This document shows, piece by piece, positions 18,184 to 26,612 of a stretch of 64,000 nucleotides of DNA. The translations under genes were made by a program, and so were the position numbers. Numbering within the stretch: position 1 is the stretch's first letter; every line of letters starts with the position of its first letter. The DNA comes from a virus (taxonomy: Duplodnaviria > Heunggongvirae > Uroviricota > Caudoviricetes). The stretch covers positions 1 to 64,000 of IMG/VR virus record IMGVR_UViG_3300005531_000248; one strand, 5' to 3'. The notes beneath the pieces are model-generated. The model worked only from the letters and a program-made list of their open reading frames with translations. It was not told where the DNA came from and searched no databases.

Positions 18184-18756
18184 GTGCTTGATCCTTTATC
18201 CATACACTCCCGCATCCTCTCAGGCGACCAAACAGCCGAAGAAGAGCTGATCGCCTTTCTTCGAAACAAGTACGCGAGAGAGTATTTAAGGAGCCTGGGA
18301 CCGTTAGGAGAAGACTACCTGCAAGACCTGTGCATGACGGTAATCGAAGGCATACGCAAAAACTCCGTTGAGCACCCCCAGTTTCTGATCACGTACTGCC
18401 AGTGGAAAGCGCACAGCATCCGTCTGCACGCCATCCGCAAAGCCTCGCAGGCATCGAAAAAGCTCATTCCGATAACAGAGGCCAGACACTTCGAGGACCC
18501 GCATCCGGGCGCCGATGTGACCTTGGTCGAGGCTGAACGCGCCCGCATTGTTCTGGGCTTGATCCATACGTTAGATTCGGTGAGCCGCGAAATCGTGTTG
18601 CGATCCTATTTTGAAAAACAGAAGGCCGAAGAGATCCAGCGCGACATGAACCTGACGCCCAACGAATACCGGGGCCGCAAGCAACGCGCTGTAGAGCGGT
18701 TGAAGGCAGAGTACAGGCAACGGTTTGGGGAACGCGAAGAGCTGCTTGCGGCGTAG
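18184..18756 (+). CDS. putative sigma-70 family (ECF-like) factor, region 4 HTH
   Basis: REIVLRSYFEKQKAEEIQRDMNLTPNEYRGRKQRAVERLK matches sigma region 4 pattern; region 2 assignment weaker. Confidence 0.45.
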   Translation: MLDPLSIHSRILSGDQTAEEELIAFLRNKYAREYLRSLGPLGEDYLQDLCMTVIEGIRKNSVEHPQFLITYCQWKAHSIRLHAIRKASQASKKLIPITEARHFEDPHPGADVTLVEAERARIVLGLIHTLDSVSREIVLRSYFEKQKAEEIQRDMNLTPNEYRGRKQRAVERLKAEYRQRFGEREELLAA

Positions 18757-18946
18757 AATGATCTCCTCTACTATAGCTATCGCGTGTAGAGTCAAAAAGA
18801 TCCGATACAAAACCGGACTAATCGGTACTAATCCGTACTTTTCCGGAGTAGAGTTTGTGGATCATAGACCAGTGGGATGAGCCAGGCTTTCGGGAAAAAG
18901 ATCCAGTAGTCAGCCGACAGTAAAATAATCCAACGGTCTCTTTCTC

Positions 18947-18969
18947 GCGCTGCCCTGGCGTAGCAGCGC
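18947..18969 (+). promoter_or_regulatory. HP-C hairpin, variant loop
   Basis: GCGCTGC-cctggcgta-GCAGCGC; same stem as copy at 544. Confidence 0.4.
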
Positions 18970-19035
18970 CTTGGGTATCCGCTGAATTCCACTGACGGTT
19001 CCCAAATATTCCGAACATCCCAAATATCCCAACGT

Positions 19036-19059
19036 AGTCGCGTGAGGCCTCACGCGACT
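19036..19059. repeat. perfect palindrome AGTCGCGTGAGG/CCTCACGCGACT (copy 1)
   Basis: read directly; second copy 19576-19597. Confidence 0.8.
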
Positions 19060-19062
19060 GAA

Positions 19063-19103
19063 TTTCTACCATGGCAGAAAACGTACTTCTGCTATGGTAG
19101 AAA
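19063..19103. repeat. 17-bp inverted repeat TTTCTACCATGGCAGAA ... TTCTGCTATGGTAGAAA (1 mismatch)
   Basis: read directly; at 3' end of minus gene 19066..19452. Confidence 0.7.
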
Positions 19104-19452
19104 CAAACGATACCTTAGTTTGAAAGGCAATCGTTGCCGATAGCCCCCTGAGCACTCCTAGCGCCCTCTGCAAGTCGTCCAGCGTGCTTTTCAAAGAATC
19201 TCCGAAACGCACCTGGCATACGGGGCAACACTCCAGTGGTTTAGGTACCTGAGCGCTGTTGCCAAGCTTGGCATTAATCGCCACGCGGACCTGGCTCGTA
19301 CACGTCGAGCACTGAACGACGATGGCATCAACGTCTTCGAGGCGAATAAGCGATTCTCTCGTCATGGCCGTGATTGTACACTGCACTGGACCATTGTTTC
19401 GAGAAATGTCCCAAAACGGCATAAGTTGACATGAGGTGGCATAACTTGACAT
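19066..19452 (-). CDS. hypothetical Zn-ribbon-like protein
   Basis: VQCSTCTSQ...LECCPVCQV; flanked by the twin palindromes. Confidence 0.35.
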   Translation of the reverse strand: MSSYATSCQLMPFWDISRNNGPVQCTITAMTRESLIRLEDVDAIVVQCSTCTSQVRVAINAKLGNSAQVPKPLECCPVCQVRFGDSLKSTLDDLQRALGVLRGLSATIAFQTKVSFVSTIAEVRFLPW

Positions 19453-19575
19453 CTTTTTCGAATGCGAGTTTGGGTTTCAATCCGTTTGCGTGCTGGTCGA
19501 CGAGGCGCACCATGACGTACTCAGGACTTGTTCCGACCTTTACTGACCTTTTGTGACGCGAATTAGCGCAGCACC

Positions 19576-19597
19576 GTCGCGTGAGGCCTCACGCGAC
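19576..19597. repeat. perfect palindrome GTCGCGTGAGGCCTCACGCGAC (copy 2)
   Basis: followed by C-rich tract, tandem cacccatcct x2.5 and terminator-like hairpin ACGACGGctcaCCGTCGggttttcg (19655-19685). Confidence 0.8.
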
Positions 19598-19871
19598 TTC
19601 CCCGCCCCCGCCCTTTTCCACCCATCCTCCACCCATCCTCCACCCATTTAGAAACGACGGCTCACCGTCGGGTTTTCGAAAACATGGCTGCAAATCCAGT
19701 GCAGCCATGTCCCTCAAACTCTAGAGAATGTCCTTCAAACTCAAGACAAAATCGCATTCGTGTAATTTCTCATCTTGCCTGGACTATATCTAACGGCAGA
19801 ACATTTCCGCATTCACACCCTAAAGAAGTGTGAATAGCCCTCCGTAGCGGGCTGGCCGATTGTAGTGATAG

Positions 19872-20363
19872 AGCCCGGAGTCGCACGGATACCTTGGACA
19901 GGACACCTCTACCCTGTACCTGAAACACCTCGTTTACCAGTCTCCCAAGGGCGATTCGAAACTGGATGGCCTGATTGCCGTTTCGCTCGAAGTTCCGCGT
20001 TCTCTTCCGCGCGTTGCCTTCTGGGCCACGGAGGAAAAAATTCTGGCGCTGATCCGGGCCGGCCGCATCGAGGCGCGCAGAACCAGGAGCCGCATCACCC
20101 ACCTGTACTGGATCGGTCCCACCCTCAGCCTGAAAGAAGCGCCGTCGCTCAACGAACATGCCCCGGGCGGCCACGATATCCGGCACAAAACACGCTATTC
20201 GCATAATCAGGAGCGGGAGCAAACCAATCCCAAGAACGTCTGGGCGCTGGACATAGGGGGCTTGGACCCGGCCGCAACTCCGATACCCAAGGATCTGCAG
20301 GCGATTTTCCTGGCAGTTGCCTTATCGGTGGGCGGAGTAAGAATTCTGAAAGGACAACGAAAA
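19872..20363 (+). pseudogene. Met-less open frame with protein-like composition; weak tyrosine-recombinase C-terminal resemblance
   Basis: frame 3 open from 19872 to TGA 20361 with no ATG; ...LYWIGPT...GGHDIRHKTRYSHNQ recalls HxLRH...Y box of integrases but is too short. Confidence 0.2.
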
Positions 20364-20557
20364 TGAAGAGACTGATTCTTTTGGCGTTTGGTTTGATGTT
20401 GGGCTTCGGTTTGACCCAGAGCGCTCATGCTGGCATCGTGAAACTGGTTTCGCCGCCCATCGTGAACCATGCCGCCCATGTTTCCGTAAAGGTGCTGTCG
20501 TATCCAGCCAAGCCTGCAAAAGCAGTTGTTAAAGCAGCTTGGCGGGTAATCTGGTAA
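20363..20557 (+). CDS. small secreted protein
   Basis: signal peptide MKRLILLAFGLMLGFGLTQSAHA. Confidence 0.35.
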   Translation: MKRLILLAFGLMLGFGLTQSAHAGIVKLVSPPIVNHAAHVSVKVLSYPAKPAKAVVKAAWRVIW

Positions 20558-20574
20558 GCCTAGGCTGCAACTGA

Positions 20575-20632
20575 CGAAAAGAGCAACCTACGGTTTCTCT
20601 CTTCGTCGCTTCACTTTTCCCTTCCGTACTGA
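20575..20632 (+). repeat. HP-B hairpin element
   Basis: CGACGAAaAGAGcAACCtacGGTTtCTCTcTTCGTCG then cttcacttttcccttccg. Confidence 0.5.
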
Positions 20633-20648
20633 TCGGAGTCCCAGCCTT

Positions 20649-20840
20649 ATGAATCAAATCCTCAGTTTTCTATCAGCTCACGCATCATTGCTGACCGGCT
20701 TTGGTGCGATGTGGGTCTACGCGGCTCTCATTCAAACCATGCCGACTCCGAAGCAGGAACAGCAATGGTACGGCTGGCTCTACAATTTCTTGCATGTCAT
20801 CGGGGCTAACTTCCCGCTGGTCGGAAAAAAAACGCTGTAA
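20649..20840 (+). CDS. small membrane protein
   Basis: hydrophobic segments LTGFGAMWVYAALI and FLHVIGANFPLVG. Confidence 0.35.
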   Translation: MNQILSFLSAHASLLTGFGAMWVYAALIQTMPTPKQEQQWYGWLYNFLHVIGANFPLVGKKTL

Positions 20841-20900
20841 GGGAAGAAGGGGCCGCTGGGGAAGCAACCGTAGGGTGGCGTCCCCGGCTGCAGCGCAATA

Positions 20901-21194
20901 ATGCATCATCTGTTCTTACTGCTGCTATTGGCCCAACATCCTCTCATCGTTCCCCCTGAACTTTCAGCAGAACAAAAGCAAGCCGAAGATTTAGACCGCG
21001 CCGAACTCGAATTCGATCACTACTGGGCCACCTATTTATTGAGCAAGCACGGCTGCCCGCTGAACGAAAAGGGCATTGTGGTGAAGCCGCTGACCAAGGC
21101 GGATTGCACCGCGCCGCGCAAGATTCTGAACCAGGAACGCGAACGAGCCTGGGAGCTGGTACGCAAGGTCTTCCCTGAGCACTTCAAAAAATAA
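20901..21194 (+). CDS. hypothetical protein
   Basis: ORF track. Confidence 0.35.
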   Translation: MHHLFLLLLLAQHPLIVPPELSAEQKQAEDLDRAELEFDHYWATYLLSKHGCPLNEKGIVVKPLTKADCTAPRKILNQERERAWELVRKVFPEHFKK

Positions 21195-21419
21195 CATGTG
21201 GCCCCTCTTCGATCCCGACGACTCTTTCGACGACGTGCTGAACGCCGGCGAATGGTGCTTCACCCAAGGCTTTGGCGGGAGTGAAATCAGGGAAGAAGTG
21301 GGCTTACGGGAGAAGAAACCGATGGCGATACGCCCTGTTAGCAATGCGGTGCGAACCATGGGTATTCCCCAGTAGGGTTTCGTCTCCTGTACTCTCGGCC
21401 AATCCCATAATCATCTTCC

Positions 21420-21740
21420 ATGAACTGGCAAGAGTGGCTGCACATCGCTGGATCGGTATTAACAGCAGCAGTAGCCCTTGGTGTATATCTGATCAAGCGC
21501 AAGGACGAAGAGGAAGAAGGCCGAAGAGCAGCATTACTCGAGCTGGCGGTAACCAAGGCCGTGAATGCCGCGCGCGAGCAAATCATGGACAGGGTAGACC
21601 GGGTGAAGTACGACATTTCCAAGCAGCTCGAGGACTACATCTCCCGGAACGAGTTTGAGCGGGAGTTTAAAAGCATCCGCGGCGAGCTGCGGGGGCAAAG
21701 CGATGTCATTAAAGAGATCGCACGCCGGCAGCGCCCATGA
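21420..21740 (+). CDS. membrane-anchored coiled-coil protein
   Basis: N-terminal TM IAGSVLTAAVALGVYLI; ATGA overlap with recombinase gene. Confidence 0.35.
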   Translation: MNWQEWLHIAGSVLTAAVALGVYLIKRKDEEEEGRRAALLELAVTKAVNAAREQIMDRVDRVKYDISKQLEDYISRNEFEREFKSIRGELRGQSDVIKEIARRQRP

Positions 21741-22315
21741 CCGTTGCTCTGTACGCCAGGGTATCGACGCAGGATCAGAAGTGCGACCTGCAGCTTACGG
21801 AATTGCGGGGATACGCGGCGCGGTCCGGCTGGGATGTGGTCGAATACGTGGACCACGGGGTTTCTGGCACCAAGCGATCGAGGCCGGCGCTGGACAGGCT
21901 GATGAATGATGCGCGGCTGAAGAAGTTCGGGGCCGTGCTGGTCTGGAAGATGGACCGCTTCGGACGGTCGTTGCAGCAGCTCGTCGACAACGTACAGACC
22001 CTTGATCGGGCGGGCGTACGCTTCATTGCGGTTACCCAGTCGATCGACACGGACGAGCGCTCGCCGATGGGTAAGTTTCTGATGCACCTGTTCGCGGCCT
22101 TTGCCGAGTTCGAACGAGACCTGATCGTGGAGCGGGTTAAGGCAGGCGTGGCGGAAGCCAAACGCCAGGGAAAGCACTGCGGCCGACCAGTCCGGGTGTT
22201 CCGGCGCGACCGGGTGGCGCAAATGCGCGCCGAGGGGCGTTCCTGGCGGGATATAGCCTGGGAACTCAAACTGCCGGTCACGACCGTGCGCCGGGCTGTG
22301 CCAAAAGTCTCCTGA
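21737..22315 (+). CDS. small serine recombinase (resolvase/invertase family)
   Basis: VALYARVSTQDQ catalytic Ser motif; GRSLQQLVDNVQTLDRAGVRFIAVTQSIDTD; C-terminal HTH; 192 aa. Confidence 0.9.
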   Translation: MTVALYARVSTQDQKCDLQLTELRGYAARSGWDVVEYVDHGVSGTKRSRPALDRLMNDARLKKFGAVLVWKMDRFGRSLQQLVDNVQTLDRAGVRFIAVTQSIDTDERSPMGKFLMHLFAAFAEFERDLIVERVKAGVAEAKRQGKHCGRPVRVFRRDRVAQMRAEGRSWRDIAWELKLPVTTVRRAVPKVS

Positions 22316-22412
22316 CCGAAGCGCAAATCAATGAAGCAAACAGTACGCTCGGGTATGGTGGGAAGTGCGGGCCAAAAGCAGAACCTTTTGGCAGAGGTAA
22401 GTAACTGAGAAC

Positions 22413-22805
22413 ATGGCGAGTCCGGCGGATCGTGCACGGGCCCAGACGCTGCTTGAGGAGTTTACGGACGCAGTTTGGCACGCCTCGGCGTTAGGGCGAA
22501 AGACGCTGATCGAGGTGGTTTCGCGCTTCTTCGAGGAACAGGCGGTGATGCGATCGCAGGCCGCAGTGGCCAAGGTTCAGACCCCGGAGTTCCAGGGTTC
22601 GCTCGATGATGAGGTCCGTAACCTGCGCCGGCGCCGCATCGAACAGGCCTTAGAAGACTCGGAGGGTAACGCGAGCGCTGCGGCCGAGATGCTCGGCATG
22701 AACCGGTCCTCGTTTGTATCGGAGCTGCGCCGGCACGGTTTACGTTCAAACGGGCGGAGCGCGCGGCGTAAGGCAAAAGGCATGGCAGCGGGAGCGGCGG
22801 CGTGA
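22413..22805 (+). CDS. Fis-family (HTH_8) DNA-binding protein
   Basis: ALEDSEGNASAAAEMLGMNRSSFVSELRRHGL matches NtrC/Fis HTH_8. Confidence 0.6.
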   Translation: MASPADRARAQTLLEEFTDAVWHASALGRKTLIEVVSRFFEEQAVMRSQAAVAKVQTPEFQGSLDDEVRNLRRRRIEQALEDSEGNASAAAEMLGMNRSSFVSELRRHGLRSNGRSARRKAKGMAAGAAA

Positions 22806-23287
22806 CGGACCAGGAATTCGGGGAACAGTTGGCGGCATTGCGGCCGCGGCTGGCCCGGTTAGCCCAGGCGTACTTCGTTCCGGAGCCGGAAGATCTGATC
22901 CAGGACACGATGCTTCTGGCGTGGCGCGGCCGCGGACAGTACCGTGGCGATGCTTCGCTGTTCACCTGGACGTCGCGGATTCTGCTGAACCGGCTGCGTG
23001 ATGTGAGGCGCCGGAGCAACGTGCGCAGGAACGAATTCCCAATGGACGAGGACATTGCTGTAATCGACCCAGAGCCGAACGCCGAAGAGCGTTTGCTCGC
23101 CAGGGACACGAGAATTCCGGAAGTGATGCGCGTGGTTGTGAAACTTCGTCCGGTGCTGCGCGAATCGATTCAGTTCAATCTAAGGGAAGACCGGCCGGCG
23201 CTGACGAACACACAGAAGGTACGGCGCTTCCGGGCCATCCAGGAGATACGGCGACGGCTCCACGTTTCCGAGAAAAAAGCTGCATGA
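22802..23287 (+). CDS. ECF-type sigma-70 factor-like protein
   Basis: region 2: EDLIQDTMLLAWRGRGQYRGDASLFTWTSRILLNRLRDVRRR. Confidence 0.55.
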   Translation: MTDQEFGEQLAALRPRLARLAQAYFVPEPEDLIQDTMLLAWRGRGQYRGDASLFTWTSRILLNRLRDVRRRSNVRRNEFPMDEDIAVIDPEPNAEERLLARDTRIPEVMRVVVKLRPVLRESIQFNLREDRPALTNTQKVRRFRAIQEIRRRLHVSEKKAA

Positions 23288-23799
23288 ACGAGCCAGAAAC
23301 CCCACAAATCCCACACGAAAGCCCAGATTTTCCGCGCGAAACTCCCCACGAGACCGATAAGAGCGAGCGGGAGATCTCGGGCCAGGAACGCCGCAAGATC
23401 GCCAACCAGCAGAAGTTCTTAGAGGAGTATGCCAAGCTCGGTCAGATCTCGGCGGCGGCCGAGGCGGCCAAACTCGATCGGTCCTGCCATTACGAATGGA
23501 TGGAACTGGACCCGGCCTATCCTAAGCTGTTTGAAGCCGTTAAGGCGTCGCTGGTTGAAAACGCTAAGGACACGGCCTATCGGCTGGGAGTGCTCGGGGT
23601 GCTGGTCCCGAAGACGGTTGCGGGGGTGCGCGAACTGGTGCGGGAGCACGACACCCGCGTACTGATCCGGTGGCTCGAGGTGCATGATCCGGCCTGGCGT
23701 CCGCACACCGACGTCAATATTACAAACCTCAGCGAACTGACGGAGCGATTGAACGCCGGCCGCGAGCGTGCGAAGGCCAAAGAGCCGGAAGCCGAATAA
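23284..23799 (+). CDS. terminase small subunit
   Basis: KFLEEYAKLGQISAAAEAAKLDRSCHYEWMELDPAYPKLFEAVKAS matches TerS HTH pattern; immediately upstream of TerL. Confidence 0.6.
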   Translation: MNEPETPQIPHESPDFPRETPHETDKSEREISGQERRKIANQQKFLEEYAKLGQISAAAEAAKLDRSCHYEWMELDPAYPKLFEAVKASLVENAKDTAYRLGVLGVLVPKTVAGVRELVREHDTRVLIRWLEVHDPAWRPHTDVNITNLSELTERLNAGRERAKAKEPEAE

Positions 23800-23963
23800 C
23801 GGGCGCCGTTGAAAAGGTGATGCACAGGCTTTTGCGGGCAGGAAAGTTTGGTCTTTTGGCGAAGTGATACAGAGGCAAAAAGCGGAAACTGGCCGGAAGC
23901 GCTGTGCACCGGATTAGCGTACGCCAGCGGCGGCTGCCTGTCTGTTCGATTTTGACCATTTGA

Positions 23964-25493
23964 ATGACCGCTACGGAACTCGACCGGTCCCTGGCCGATG
24001 CCGTGGCGGATTTCTACGCGGATCCGCTCGGGTTCGTACTTTTTGCTTATCCGTGGGGAGAAAAAGGCCCGCTTGAGAACGAAGAAGGCCCCGACGAGAA
24101 TCAGCGCGAGTTCCTGTCCTCCCTTGGCAAAGAGGTCCGCAAGCGAAAATTCGACGGCGCGACCCCGGTCATGCCGATCCAGATGTGCGAGGCCTCCGGC
24201 CATGGCACCGGCAAGAGCGCCATGGGCGCCTGGATCACGGACTGGATACTTTCGACACGCCCCGACTCACTTGGAACCGTCACAGCCGGCACCGCCAAGC
24301 AGCTCGAAACCCGCACCTGGGCAGCAATCCAGTCCTGGAGCGAGCTCTGTATCACGGCTCACTGGTTCGACATCCGGGCCAAAGGCATTTTCTCGAAGGT
24401 CCAGCCCAAGACCTGGAATGTCACCCCGCAAACCTGTAAGCCAGAGAACGCCCAGTCTTTCGCCGGCCAGCACGCCAAACGCTCTACATCCTGGTATTTG
24501 TTCGATGAGGCCTCGGCGGTTCCGGACACGGTCTGGGGCGTGGCATTGGGCGGGCTCACCGACGGCGAGCCGATGTTCTTCGCCTGGGGGCAGCCGGAGC
24601 GCAACACCGGCCAGTTCTATGAAATTACCTCCGGGCGTGAGCGTGACCGCTGGAATCACCGCCGGGTGGATTCACGAAGCTCCAGGTTCACGAACAAAAA
24701 GCTCATTGAGGAGTGGATCCGCGATTACGGCGAGGACTCGGACTGGTGCCGGGTGCGCATCTTCGGCCTGCCGCCGAAAGCCTCGGAGCTGCAATTCATC
24801 GATCGGGAGAGGGTCGAAGCAGCGCAGGAACGGACGGGAAAGCCGCTCGATGACGATCCGCTCATTGCTGGCGTCGACGTTTCGGGCGGAGGCGCCGCGT
24901 GGAACGTCATCCGTTTCCGGCGCGGCATTGACGCGCGCAGCGTGACGGCGGGCGGTACGGTGCCGGCGCCCATACGGATGCCCGGCGAGCACGGTAAAGA
25001 ACGCGAGGCCCTGATCGCCAAATGCGCCGAGATCCTGAACGAGCGATCGAGAGAGAAGCGCATCGCGGCCATGTTCATTGACTCGGCCTTTGGAGCCCCG
25101 GTGTACGAGCGGTTGAAGGCCCTGGGCTTCGATCAGGTATTTGAGATCAACTTCGGCGCGCCGAGCCCCGATAAGCACCAGAAGAACATGCGGGCCTATA
25201 TGTGGGATCGCATGAAGGACTGGCTGCCAACGGGCATGATTGACCGCAACGACGACCGCCTGGCCATCGAATTATGCGCCCCTGGCGCGCAGATGAACCG
25301 CAGCGGCCAGTTGGTCATCGAACCCAAGGAAGATGTGCAGAAGCGGATCGGGCACTCTACCGACGACGCCGACGCCTTAGCTCTGACGTTTGCAAGAAGC
25401 GTTCCGTTCGTAAAGTTCAAGCGTCAACCGGCACCGGAAAAACCTCTGTTGGGCGACCGCGGGTGGATCGGCGACCGCGGCTGGATGCGATAG
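23964..25493 (+). CDS. terminase large subunit
   Basis: Walker A ASGHGTGKSA; Walker B WYLFDEAS; C-terminal nuclease acidic residues DVSGGG...GHSTDDADALALTFA. Confidence 0.85.
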   Translation: MTATELDRSLADAVADFYADPLGFVLFAYPWGEKGPLENEEGPDENQREFLSSLGKEVRKRKFDGATPVMPIQMCEASGHGTGKSAMGAWITDWILSTRPDSLGTVTAGTAKQLETRTWAAIQSWSELCITAHWFDIRAKGIFSKVQPKTWNVTPQTCKPENAQSFAGQHAKRSTSWYLFDEASAVPDTVWGVALGGLTDGEPMFFAWGQPERNTGQFYEITSGRERDRWNHRRVDSRSSRFTNKKLIEEWIRDYGEDSDWCRVRIFGLPPKASELQFIDRERVEAAQERTGKPLDDDPLIAGVDVSGGGAAWNVIRFRRGIDARSVTAGGTVPAPIRMPGEHGKEREALIAKCAEILNERSREKRIAAMFIDSAFGAPVYERLKALGFDQVFEINFGAPSPDKHQKNMRAYMWDRMKDWLPTGMIDRNDDRLAIELCAPGAQMNRSGQLVIEPKEDVQKRIGHSTDDADALALTFARSVPFVKFKRQPAPEKPLLGDRGWIGDRGWMR

Positions 25494-25497
25494 CCCG

Positions 25498-25560
25498 GAG
25501 CGCGCACGCCGTAAAGTCTCTGACCGTTACCGATCGTCGAGACAAGCGTTAACAACAAAA
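25498..25560 (+). repeat. RE-1 dispersed element (forward, subfamily B)
   Basis: ggagcgcgcacgccgtaaagtctctgaccgttaccgatcgtcgagacaagcgttaacaacaaaag; begins two codons after TerL TAG, in frame. Confidence 0.7.
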
Positions 25561-25584
25561 GAACTCACAAGGAGAAATCATTCC

Positions 25585-25977
25585 ATGGCTCGTCATACGA
25601 TGGTCACGGTATCGGCTAAAAAAGGCGGCGCAAAGCACCACGGCAAAGGCCCGGTAAAGCATGTGCACGTGCGCAAGATTGACAACGGCTACATGGTGGC
25701 AACGCATCGCGGGCACGCTCCGGAAGACGAAGCAGCCATGAAAGAAGGCGCGCAGCCGTATTCTCCAGAGCCTGAGCCCGAAGAGGCCGGCTTCAACGAC
25801 ATGGATTCGGCTTTGAACCACATTGCTTCCGTCTTTGACGAAAAGAAGGGCGGCAAGGGCAAACCCAAGTCCGCAGATGCGCCGGTAGGCGGCGCGGCGC
25901 CCAAGAGTTCCAAAGCCGGGGCGAGTGAAAAGGCACCGTCCAAAGGCGAAGACGATGACGGGGAGGAGGAGGAATAA
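25585..25977 (+). CDS. hypothetical protein with acidic C-terminal tail
   Basis: ends KGEDDDGEEEE; SD aaggag upstream. Confidence 0.45.
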   Translation: MARHTMVTVSAKKGGAKHHGKGPVKHVHVRKIDNGYMVATHRGHAPEDEAAMKEGAQPYSPEPEPEEAGFNDMDSALNHIASVFDEKKGGKGKPKSADAPVGGAAPKSSKAGASEKAPSKGEDDDGEEEE

Positions 25978-26303
25978 TGAAGATTCCGGGACTGCCTGAA
26001 GGCGTCGACGTGGTCCGCTTCGGCGTGTGCGGGCCGGAAGAGTTCGAGTTGGTCGGCGAGGAGATCTACCGGGGTGGGCGTCATCATCCAGTGCACCACA
26101 TGATCGTTCAGCCGGAAAAAGGCTGGGAGTTCGTCGAAGTCAGTGCTTTTAACCGCATGTATAAGGCGGTGCGGATGTACGACCCACCCAAAAAGCTGAC
26201 CGTGGTGTTCACCTGCTCGCACTCAGGCGAGATGCGCGCGGTGGAAGCTGCGATCAAGAGTGTGTCGGATACCATCACGACACATGCAACCGACTGGGAA
26301 TAG
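25977..26303 (+). CDS. hypothetical protein sharing a 30-aa module with 27098..27412
   Basis: KKLTVVFTCSHSGEMRAVEAAIKSVSDTIT duplicated at DNA level. Confidence 0.4.
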   Translation: MKIPGLPEGVDVVRFGVCGPEEFELVGEEIYRGGRHHPVHHMIVQPEKGWEFVEVSAFNRMYKAVRMYDPPKKLTVVFTCSHSGEMRAVEAAIKSVSDTITTHATDWE

Positions 26304-26306
26304 GAC

Positions 26307-26609
26307 GTGTCGCTCACCAGCCTGCATGTCGGGATCGCCATCCCCAAAATCCCCAAAGGGCCGGGCGTACATATCCGGCCGGTCGGGAATGGCTTTCATG
26401 TGCAGCACGGCGAGAGCATGCACTTCTTCGGCTCGGTGAAGCCGATGATCGCGCACCTGAAAACAGTTCTTCCGAAGTTGCCCAAGCCCCATACAGTTCA
26501 TACGCCCTGGTTGGGCAATAAGACCATGACGCCTCGCTTACCCGGAGCTGCACGACAACGTCGCGCAAAAGAAGTATCGGACACCAGCTATCAGAAGGTA
26601 AGATTGTAA
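26307..26609 (+). CDS. hypothetical protein
   Basis: ORF track. Confidence 0.3.
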   Translation: MSLTSLHVGIAIPKIPKGPGVHIRPVGNGFHVQHGESMHFFGSVKPMIAHLKTVLPKLPKPHTVHTPWLGNKTMTPRLPGAARQRRAKEVSDTSYQKVRL

Positions 26610-26612
26610 TCA

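Noticed and set aside
19440-19560. tRNA-like T-loop (GGGTTTCAATCC) as a possible integration target
   Set aside because: I could not fold flanking sequence into acceptor, D or anticodon arms. No tRNA is evident by eye anywhere in the window; tRNAscan should confirm.
19620-19650. tandem cacccatcct x2.5, a possible CRISPR or iteron array
   Set aside because: There are only 2.5 short units and no spacer-repeat architecture. I found no CRISPR array anywhere in the window.
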